Shown here: piece by piece, positions 10,363-17,866 of the stretch
How the letters are laid out: every line of letters begins with the position of its first letter
Numbering within the stretch: position 1 is the first letter of the stretch
From: a virus
Strand: one strand, 5' to 3'
Length of the DNA: 64,000 nt
IMG/VR virus record: IMGVR_UViG_3300020455_000008
Location: 20,946 to 84,945 of that record
Position numbers and translations under genes: made by a program
Notes under the pieces: generated by a model
Seen by the model: only the letters and a program-made list of their open reading frames with translations
What the model was told of the DNA's origin: nothing
Databases searched by the model: none

Positions 10363-10916
10363 TGTCTAAGGACAAAAGAGAATACCAGCGAGATTACTAT
10401 GCTGAGAATAAAGATCGCATTAAAGCTCAGAGAAGAAATCGTTACAAAAGCGATGATGAATATCGTGCAGAATTTAATCGCAAGCGAAGAATAAAAAGAA
10501 ACAAAATGTTACTGCCCGAGAGTTACGACTCTCTATATGTAGAGGAAGAGGTTACAGACGTGTCATTTGATTGTATGATGAAGGTGCTGAGTGCAGACCA
10601 AACCCAGTCCTGTGTATGTAAGATGTATACGATGAATGGTGTAGCGCTACAAGTTAGGGTCAACAAAGATAAGCTCGTACACTGGGTATATCTAAAGAAA
10701 CTGCCTAATGCGAAATATAGGAATGGTAGTAACTGGAGACTCTACACTGAATATGAAGTAGAACTACTGAAGAGAGCATTTAAGCATTTCAGAAAGAAAG
10801 CTTCTTTAGATAATAGGAAGTTCACTCTGACCAAGGAGATGACTGCTTATATATTTAAAAAGTTTGACAGCTTAACGGGTGGTATACCCGAAGACAAATT
10901 TACAAAAGAAGGATAA
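10362..10916 (+). CDS. Putative DNA-binding protein (MerR-like HTH)
   Basis: YTMNGVA...LVHW...LP...NWRLYTEYEVELL; basic N-terminus. Confidence 0.55.
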   Translation: MSKDKREYQRDYYAENKDRIKAQRRNRYKSDDEYRAEFNRKRRIKRNKMLLPESYDSLYVEEEVTDVSFDCMMKVLSADQTQSCVCKMYTMNGVALQVRVNKDKLVHWVYLKKLPNAKYRNGSNWRLYTEYEVELLKRAFKHFRKKASLDNRKFTLTKEMTAYIFKKFDSLTGGIPEDKFTKEG

Positions 10917-10921
10917 AGACA

Positions 10922-11137
10922 ATGAGTAAAGATACAGTACAAGAGAAAGCAAAAGTTAGAGCTGGAGCTTCTATTAAAATTAACTTGGGTAACTATGAGA
11001 GCGCGGGTGTTGAAGCAAGTATTGAGTTGCCTTGTGATATACAAGATGTGCCTAAAGAGTTTGAACGTGCTTGGGCTGAGGTTTACAGGCAACTAGATCT
11101 AAGAGTCGCTGAAATTAAAAAAGGGCGTAACCAATGA
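10922..11137 (+). CDS. Conserved small phage protein
   Basis: INLGNYES motif common in phage proteins near recA. Confidence 0.7.
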   Translation: MSKDTVQEKAKVRAGASIKINLGNYESAGVEASIELPCDIQDVPKEFERAWAEVYRQLDLRVAEIKKGRNQ

Positions 11138-12261
11138 GCTTTAAAGACTTAATAAAAAGTATTAACAAGCGCTATGGTGATGACTGTTTTGTGCAAGCGT
11201 CACAGTCAGAAAAGCTTAATACACGTAAGAGGATTGAAACTGGTATATTGTCTTTTGACTTAGCTTTAGGTGGTGGCATACCTCTTGGTACGATTATTAC
11301 ATTAAAAGGAGAATACTCAAGTGGTAAAAGCGCACTTGCTCATAGGATTGGTGCTAGTTTCCAGCGTACTTGTCGCAACTGCGGTAACCCTTTGGTACTG
11401 TGGAACGAGATTATACAAGATGGCGCTGAAGTAGCCTGTTGTGATAACCCCGAGCCTATGCGTGTGGTGTGGTTTGACGCTGAGGGTTCATATCAAAATG
11501 CATGGGCAGAACGACTAGGTATGGAGAGTGAGAATACTTATGTAATTCGTACCGAGTTTGCGGAGCAGGGCATTGATATTGCTGACTCTGTAATCAGAAG
11601 CGGTGAATGCGATTTGTTGGTTGTAGACTCAGTAGCGCACTTGACTCCCTCAGTGGAGATAGAGCAAAGCTCAGAAAAGTGGCAAATGGGTGTCCAAGCT
11701 CGATTGATGAACAAAGCTATGCGGAAATGGGTGTCTGCTCAAAATGCAGTTGGTATGAGTCGAGTAGTACCTCCTACTATCCTACTTATTAATCAAATCC
11801 GTATGAAACTTGGGGTTGTGTATGGTTCTCCCGAAACTTCGCCTGGGGGGAAAGGTATAGACTTTGCGTCTAGCGTAATATGCAAAGTGAAACGCAAGGG
11901 TTTTATGGAAGACAAAAGTGGCTCTGCGCCCTTTGGACAAGACATGGAAGTTACCATGCAAAAGAATAAGACAGCCCCCCCAAATAGATCCTGTCTGTTC
12001 AGTCTCTATTTTAGAGACTCTATGCCATATGTAGCTGGAGCGAGTAACTTTGCAGAGCAGCTTGTATCAGTCGGTGAATATTGGAAGCTGATTGAAAAAG
12101 GTGGAGCTTGGTACACACTACCAAATGGTGAAAAATACCAAGGTTTAACCAAGACAGCCGAAGCGCTTGCTAATGACGAGCCTGTCATGTTCGATCTCAA
12201 GGACGAAGTATGGAGAAGAGAAGTCGATTGGATGGGTGGAGATTCTTATGAAGAAGACTAG
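11134..12261 (+). CDS. recA: RecA recombinase with Cys-rich insertion
   Basis: TGILSFDLALGGGIP, GEYSSGKS, VVDSVAHL, INQIRMKLG, ETSPGG, KNKTAPP. Confidence 0.92.
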   Translation: MSFKDLIKSINKRYGDDCFVQASQSEKLNTRKRIETGILSFDLALGGGIPLGTIITLKGEYSSGKSALAHRIGASFQRTCRNCGNPLVLWNEIIQDGAEVACCDNPEPMRVVWFDAEGSYQNAWAERLGMESENTYVIRTEFAEQGIDIADSVIRSGECDLLVVDSVAHLTPSVEIEQSSEKWQMGVQARLMNKAMRKWVSAQNAVGMSRVVPPTILLINQIRMKLGVVYGSPETSPGGKGIDFASSVICKVKRKGFMEDKSGSAPFGQDMEVTMQKNKTAPPNRSCLFSLYFRDSMPYVAGASNFAEQLVSVGEYWKLIEKGGAWYTLPNGEKYQGLTKTAEALANDEPVMFDLKDEVWRREVDWMGGDSYEED

Positions 12262-12670
12262 TCTTGGATCTAAGCGGCCTATGCCAAATGTCTTTGATGA
12301 TAACGAACCTAAGTGCAATAAGAGTCGATCAGTCGTACATGAAGATCGTTTGCAAGGGGTTCTTAGGAGCAAGTCTACACCTAACAGTGGGGCTTTGCCC
12401 GAAATTAGCTACAAAGGCGATCTTCAAGATGGCTTGTTTGTTTGGCAAGCAAAACTAACAGATAAGGCTCGATTCACAATTACATCTGATGTACTTGTAG
12501 AGTTACAGAGACAGGCAAGCTTGAATTCTAAATGGCCTGGAGTTGCTTTGACCATAGAAGGATTACCTAATCACATCGAGAAGGATTGGGTTATGTTACC
12601 CGCTTCAGTCTTCGGTGAGATTATTGACTTATACCACCAACACACTATCAATAGTTTTCAAAAACTTTAA
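12248..12670 (+). CDS. Putative Holliday-junction resolvase-like PD-(D/E)XK nuclease
   Basis: HE..TPNSGA...KGD...QAKLT pattern; follows recA. Confidence 0.5.
   Translation: MKKTSLGSKRPMPNVFDDNEPKCNKSRSVVHEDRLQGVLRSKSTPNSGALPEISYKGDLQDGLFVWQAKLTDKARFTITSDVLVELQRQASLNSKWPGVALTIEGLPNHIEKDWVMLPASVFGEIIDLYHQHTINSFQKL
12653..12666. promoter_or_regulatory. 14-bp near-palindrome AGTTTTCAAAAACT directly upstream of parB-like gene
   Basis: Exact copies (either strand) also at 16912, 29797, 31248, 43919, 56485. Confidence 0.6.
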
Positions 12671-12681
12671 AAGGACAGACA

Positions 12682-13590
12682 ATGAACGTACAAGACATAA
12701 GCATACAAGATATAGATACTGACATTATTGTAAACTGCCGTAAAAACGTGTCAGTGGACGACTTGGTTGAGTCCATTCGAAAAACAGGGGTACAGATACC
12801 TATTGGTGTGTGTCTCCAAGAGAATGGCCGATATGGGCTAATTTATGGATTCCGCAGATATACTGCTTGCAACGAATTGGCTTTAGACACTATTCCAGCA
12901 AGAATTGTAGATAACCAAGAGCAAGCAGACTTGCTCGTCATGAATCTTCAAGAGAATGTCAGTCGTAAGAACTTGACTCCGATGGAAGAAGCTCTCGCTA
13001 TACAGCGTATAGTCAATGCGGGTCGTGATGTAGACCAATTCAGAACTGCGCTTGGTTGGTCGAAAACCATAATTACTCAGCGCCTTGGGTTGCTAGAGTT
13101 AAGCGCACCTCTTCAGTCAGCACTTGAGAAAGACTCAATCTCTGTTCGACAAGCAAATACTATTCAAGAAGCAGAGGAGAATATGCACCCTGAACTTATC
13201 GAGCTTGCAGAAAATGGCTGCACAGCAAGAGCTTTGAAGGATGAAGTCGATAGTCTTTCTTCTTTTGTACCCGTAGAAGACGATACACAAGAGCTTGTAC
13301 TGAGCGATGATGATAATGAAGGAGATGACAACTACTTAAAAGAGATTGAGAAAGAAGACGCTAAAGCACTTTCAGAAGCGAACTCTAATCTAGTCAAGAG
13401 TAGTCTGCTAGATGTTGGTGCTAAGTGTATCGATGACCAACACGCTTGGTTTGCCTTTCAGATTGCTATTAACAGTATTGAGTTTGACCGATTGCCAAAA
13501 GCAGAACTTGGTGCATTAGTAAATGCGATGAACACCCTAGCGGGTGAGCATGGTCTTAACGCTTGGGGCGAAGGGTCTATGCGTAAATGA
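12682..13590 (+). CDS. parB: ParB/Spo0J-family protein (ParBc + HTH)
   Basis: LVESIRKTGVQIPI, GFRRY (GxRR), ENVSRKNLTPMEEA, HTH. Confidence 0.85.
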   Translation: MNVQDISIQDIDTDIIVNCRKNVSVDDLVESIRKTGVQIPIGVCLQENGRYGLIYGFRRYTACNELALDTIPARIVDNQEQADLLVMNLQENVSRKNLTPMEEALAIQRIVNAGRDVDQFRTALGWSKTIITQRLGLLELSAPLQSALEKDSISVRQANTIQEAEENMHPELIELAENGCTARALKDEVDSLSSFVPVEDDTQELVLSDDDNEGDDNYLKEIEKEDAKALSEANSNLVKSSLLDVGAKCIDDQHAWFAFQIAINSIEFDRLPKAELGALVNAMNTLAGEHGLNAWGEGSMRK

Positions 13591-14414
13591 GCTTAACCAA
13601 TATCATTAAGAACCTTCACAACTCTGGTGGAAACCCTTCACTTTCTGCGGAGATTGAGAAGCACTTTCTCCGCAAAGCCAATGAGTTTGACCAAGATAGG
13701 TTTGAAGATAAACTTACACGCTTCCATCCAAGTCAGATTAGTTACTGGGGTGTGTGCCCAAGGGCTTATTATCTAACGATGAAGCGAGATGAGCTTGGTA
13801 TTGCCATTAAACGCCCTGACCCCCATCCTACTTCTCTTCTTAGGATATTTGAACATGGGCATAGTATACACGCCATGTATCAAGATAAGGTTCTTGGTCA
13901 AGCGGGTATATTGTATGGGAAATGGGAGCTTAATGGGGAAGTGATTGAAGGCTTCCAACCTTCCGAAGAATGGAAGTATGTAGAACCTAGAATATGGTGG
14001 ACTGAGAAAAGAATATCGGGTTACTGTGATGGTTTTCTACAGATCAATAGTAAGTGGTACTTGTTAGAAGTTAAATCATCGGGAGATCAACCTTTTAGGT
14101 ATCTAAAGCGAAGTGGTCAACCAAGAGAATATCATACTAGGCAAGCACAAATATATATGAGTGCTCCGCATGACCTTCAGATTAAACCTAAATTTGAGGG
14201 TGCGTTTATCTTATACGTGAATAAAGACACTGGCGAAGAACTTGATCTATTTATCAAAAATGATCCAAGCCGAATACAGCCTTTGATGGATCAAATAGAT
14301 GAAGCAATTGACTCTTTAGAACTGCCTACTATTCCTATGCGTGTCGATGATTGTAAGACTAGTAAATCAAAACGTGCTAAAGACTGCATTGCTTGTAGTG
14401 TATGTTTTACTTGA
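13587..14414 (+). CDS. Cas4-like PD-(D/E)XK exonuclease
   Basis: HPSQI...CPR, GHSIH, GYCDG, LEVKS, QAQIY, C-terminal Cys cluster. Confidence 0.8.
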   Translation: MSLTNIIKNLHNSGGNPSLSAEIEKHFLRKANEFDQDRFEDKLTRFHPSQISYWGVCPRAYYLTMKRDELGIAIKRPDPHPTSLLRIFEHGHSIHAMYQDKVLGQAGILYGKWELNGEVIEGFQPSEEWKYVEPRIWWTEKRISGYCDGFLQINSKWYLLEVKSSGDQPFRYLKRSGQPREYHTRQAQIYMSAPHDLQIKPKFEGAFILYVNKDTGEELDLFIKNDPSRIQPLMDQIDEAIDSLELPTIPMRVDDCKTSKSKRAKDCIACSVCFT

Positions 14415-14422
14415 GGTGAGCT

Positions 14423-14887
14423 ATGGTAGATCAAAAAGTAATTGATTTTGGTACTCATAGTAGAGAGCTTCTATCTAGTTTAGGACTTCATGCACCCTCT
14501 CACCCTAGCACTGAATTAATATTCCCAAATGATCTAGGGAAGCTGAGTGATGACGAGGTAAGTGCTCATCTATCATACTGGGCAAGTATGACTGCTTACG
14601 CACATCAAAAAGTTTCTGTGCTTGAAGGGGCTTTGGTTTTAGCAAAGAGTGATTATGAATTAGAATATGACCTAAGGTTATATAACAAGCCAGGTAACAG
14701 TGTTTCAGAACGCAAGATAGGGTTAGGTGCTTCCAAAGTTCTGAGAAACATGAAAGTACGTATCGCAGTTATCGAAGCCGATCTGAAGGTGTTAAAATCT
14801 ATCCTAGTAGGGTATGATCTCAAGAACTCAGCAGTGAGTAGAGAAATTACAAGACGTAACAACGAGAGGAACTTGAGGGATGGATAA
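14423..14887 (+). CDS. Hypothetical coiled-coil protein
   Basis: GAGGTG RBS; VSREITRR C-terminus. Confidence 0.7.
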   Translation: MVDQKVIDFGTHSRELLSSLGLHAPSHPSTELIFPNDLGKLSDDEVSAHLSYWASMTAYAHQKVSVLEGALVLAKSDYELEYDLRLYNKPGNSVSERKIGLGASKVLRNMKVRIAVIEADLKVLKSILVGYDLKNSAVSREITRRNNERNLRDG

Positions 14888-15158
14888 TGACACAAAAGAG
14901 ATAAACTTAAGAGTTGCGGGTCGTAGCGACCCTAGCTCAGTGGCGGGTAGTACCGTCAAAAACATAAATGAAAATAGAAGCGTAACACTAACTGCCATTG
15001 GTGCTGGTGCTGTTAATCAGATGTTAAAGGCTGTAACCATTGCACGTTCAATGGCAGCAAGCAGTGGCTCAGACCTTTACTTTACTAGTGGCTTTGCTAC
15101 CGAAATTATAAATGGAGAAGAGAAGACTGCTATGCGGATCTTCGTAAAGAAAAGATAA
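14880..15158 (+). CDS. spoVS: SpoVS-family (Alba-like) protein
   Basis: LRVAGRSDPSSVAGS...AIGAGAVNQMLKAVTIAR...INGEEKTAM matches SpoVS consensus end to end. Confidence 0.9.
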   Translation: MDNDTKEINLRVAGRSDPSSVAGSTVKNINENRSVTLTAIGAGAVNQMLKAVTIARSMAASSGSDLYFTSGFATEIINGEEKTAMRIFVKKR

Positions 15159-15481
15159 TGTTTACAGTAACGTATAAAATGCAAATGCCTAGTGGTATTT
15201 TGATTTTCGAGATAGATCTAATGATAGAGCGTTTAAATGAGGGTGTAGGCTATGAAGCGCCACTTTTAAAACAAGCCCTAACTGATTGGTGGGAAGACCC
15301 TAACTCACCACGAAGAAGCCCTGAAGAGGCTTGTTTGGGAGCGTGGGCTACGGTCACTGACCACCTAGTCGCTAAACGAGAGCACCCTAGAGTCCAGTGT
15401 TCTCGGATAAGCGTAGACACTTCAGGACAAAAAATAACCTTTCAACCCACAGAAGACGTTTGGAGTGATGTAAATGTCTGA
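15158..15481 (+). CDS. Hypothetical protein (possible degenerate QueD/T-fold)
   Basis: Coupled ORF; weak pattern similarity only. Confidence 0.5.
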   Translation: MFTVTYKMQMPSGILIFEIDLMIERLNEGVGYEAPLLKQALTDWWEDPNSPRRSPEEACLGAWATVTDHLVAKREHPRVQCSRISVDTSGQKITFQPTEDVWSDVNV

Positions 15482-15884
15482 ATACAGAGAAAATGACGAT
15501 AATGTTGAAGTAGAAACTCTTGAGACTGCTTCTGAAGAGACACAAGAAGAGACACAAGAGACAGACTTTAATCCTACTAATCCCGATCTCACTGAGAATC
15601 AGATTGACGATGACATTGTGACCGCAGTGTTACTTGTTAAAAATCGACAAGGGGCTGTGCTGCCAGTGACCAATCTTCAATCCCTGAAGATGGATAGGCA
15701 AGCTAATGCACATGAGGTTCTGAGAATGTGTGCAGATGTTCAAGATCAAATCAGTGCGATTCGAGTAGTTGGGGAGCTTGCCCAAATCTTCCAACATCTT
15801 AACCAGCAGAGTCTCAGCACAGTGGCTAATCTGTTAAATGTAAAAATGAATGAGAGTGTGGGTGCAACCAGCTCTGAGAGTTGA
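15474..15884 (+). CDS. Hypothetical protein with acidic N-terminus
   Basis: Coupled ORF. Confidence 0.7.
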   Translation: MSEYRENDDNVEVETLETASEETQEETQETDFNPTNPDLTENQIDDDIVTAVLLVKNRQGAVLPVTNLQSLKMDRQANAHEVLRMCADVQDQISAIRVVGELAQIFQHLNQQSLSTVANLLNVKMNESVGATSSES

Positions 15885-15926
15885 TTGTAATATGCTATAG
15901 TGACATACTGTCAATAGGAGGTCACT

Positions 15927-16316
15927 ATGGCAAAGAAATATAAAGATGAATGGTTTATTCCCCCACAGGGAGTACGCAACTCTGCTGAACGAGGTCTAAA
16001 GAACCGCAAAAAATATGGTAGGGGTGGACTCTCTAATAAACAGGCTTCAGAGCAAGGTATTGGCTCGGGTGTCCAACGTGCTGTCAATCTCAAGAATGGG
16101 AACAAGGTCTCTCCACAAACAATTAAGCGCATGAAAAGCTTCTTTGCTAGGCATGAGAAGAATAAAAACTCTCGTAAGCCCGATGGTACACCTGGTGCTG
16201 GGAAAATAGCTTGGGATCTTTGGGGTGGGAATCAAGGTAAGCGTTGGGCTGAATCTGTTGACCGAAAAATGAAAAGAGCAGATGAACAAGCTAAGAAGTC
16301 CAAAATTAAACGATAG
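15927..16316 (+). CDS. Conserved basic phage protein
   Basis: GGAGG RBS; TIKRMKSFFARHE...IAWDLWGG motif seen in phage hypothetical proteins. Confidence 0.75.
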   Translation: MAKKYKDEWFIPPQGVRNSAERGLKNRKKYGRGGLSNKQASEQGIGSGVQRAVNLKNGNKVSPQTIKRMKSFFARHEKNKNSRKPDGTPGAGKIAWDLWGGNQGKRWAESVDRKMKRADEQAKKSKIKR

Positions 16317-16326
16317 AAAGTATCTA

Positions 16327-16432
16327 TAAAATCTATCGATAAAATTTAACTAAGAATTTTACGGTAAAATCTATCGATAGATTTTTTCATTTTGGTAACT
16401 TTGTATAAAATCTATCGATGAATTTTATACAA
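16327..16432. repeat. Three TAAAATCTATCGAT direct repeats within palindromes
   Basis: Copies at 16327, 16365, 16406; AAAATCTATCGATAGATTTT is a perfect palindrome. Confidence 0.85.
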
Positions 16433-16436
16433 GCCG

Positions 16437-16475
16437 CTTATAATATATATATATATATAAGATAAACTATATAAG
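16437..16475. promoter_or_regulatory. CTTATA-(AT)n-TATAAG element, copy 2
   Basis: Same architecture as 95 and 44018. Confidence 0.4.
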
Positions 16476-16483
16476 AGTAGACA

Positions 16484-17866
16484 ATGAAAATTTATCTGAG
16501 TGGAGTAGTGAGGAAAGATCGCTTAGGTCTTTTGATTGAAGCTGGTATTCAAAACGTGGTTATTGACTACTCAGTAGCTAAGGGCTTCTCAGTTCAAGAG
16601 TTTGAGCAGATTGCCAATCACTTTGATAGCATAATGTTAGAATATGACCTCTCCAGTCAGTGGTCTAAGATCAAATATCTGTGGACCAGCTCAGACTTAC
16701 GTCATGCAAAAGATATTGAAAAGCATGGTTCACTAGAAGAAGCACAAACTTATCACATACAGAGAATCACTAAACGTGTAGCAGATTACTTTATCTTTGC
16801 TCAGTCTATTCAGCACGTAGTGGACGTGGTATGGACACCCCATTTACCTATTGAGTATGAGTTTGAACCTAACGAAAGTATTGAACAGCAAAAAATAGGG
16901 AGACTAAAAAAAGTTTTCAAAAACTTTTCTGACTATATTTACAACTGTTCTCACATAGGTATTCCCAATGATGTTGGGTTACAAGACGTTAAAGACGAAA
17001 TAAAGCCCCATATTGCTTCTCTAAAGTCGTTTGGGATAAAAACACATAGGTGGGGTAGGGCTGACAAAGAAACAGCTCTCACAGGCCTATTTTGGAGTTC
17101 GTCCTCTTCTAACTGGGTAAGTGGGTCAAAACATGGGGTCACTTTTGAGTACGTAGGAAATCTAAAGCTAACTACGTATCATGGGTCTAAGGGTTCGGGT
17201 AAACAGATTAGAACTAAGCTCAAATCAAAATGTGAAACAATTGGACTTGACCACAATCTCTTAATGAACGATGACCGTAAGACTGTAAATTTATGGAATC
17301 TACATCAATGGAAGCTTTTGTCTAAAGATGTAGATTTTGTTAGTGGGTACTGGTCGACGAGGGAGCGGGATGTGAAAGATAAACAGCTTAGTGTTATACA
17401 AAATAACTCAAATTCTCAGCTTGCAACTCAAGACCAAATTGGCTCATACTTACGGAATTGTAATTCATGCTACCTAAGCGCAACTTGCCCAGTATACGAG
17501 TCGGATTCGACTTGTAAGATAACGTCTACACCGAAGGTTGAGACACCTAATGACGTGCAGGCTCTACTCAATCAAGTGATTCAGATCCAAGGGGAGAGAG
17601 TTCTTTTTGCTTCTATGTCAGAGCGAATTCAGAACGCTGGAATCAACCCCGAAGTCTCCAAGGAAATGGAGACACTTACAAAACTAATGAAAGACGCTAA
17701 AGAGATCACCTCCGTTGGTGGGGGTGACGAAGTTACGATTCGAGCTAAGGGGTCGGGTGTCATATCGAGATTGTTTGGCGGATATGGGCGCAGTGGTGGT
17801 GGTTCAAAACCATCTACATCGGAGACTATAATAGATGTCTCCCCAATGGAGTCAAAGGATGACTAG
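16484..17866 (+). CDS. Phage protein with degenerate TGT/DpdA-like N-terminal region and C-terminal CxxC-x5-CP-x7-C Zn module
   Basis: MKIYLSG; THRWG...FWSSSSSNWVSGSKHG; CNSCYLSATCP. Confidence 0.5.
   Translation: MKIYLSGVVRKDRLGLLIEAGIQNVVIDYSVAKGFSVQEFEQIANHFDSIMLEYDLSSQWSKIKYLWTSSDLRHAKDIEKHGSLEEAQTYHIQRITKRVADYFIFAQSIQHVVDVVWTPHLPIEYEFEPNESIEQQKIGRLKKVFKNFSDYIYNCSHIGIPNDVGLQDVKDEIKPHIASLKSFGIKTHRWGRADKETALTGLFWSSSSSNWVSGSKHGVTFEYVGNLKLTTYHGSKGSGKQIRTKLKSKCETIGLDHNLLMNDDRKTVNLWNLHQWKLLSKDVDFVSGYWSTRERDVKDKQLSVIQNNSNSQLATQDQIGSYLRNCNSCYLSATCPVYESDSTCKITSTPKVETPNDVQALLNQVIQIQGERVLFASMSERIQNAGINPEVSKEMETLTKLMKDAKEITSVGGGDEVTIRAKGSGVISRLFGGYGRSGGGSKPSTSETIIDVSPMESKDD

Noticed and set aside
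13587-14414. Cas4 as evidence of CRISPR-Cas
   Set aside because: Solo Cas4-like nucleases are routine in phage recombination modules; no cas1/cas2 or array.
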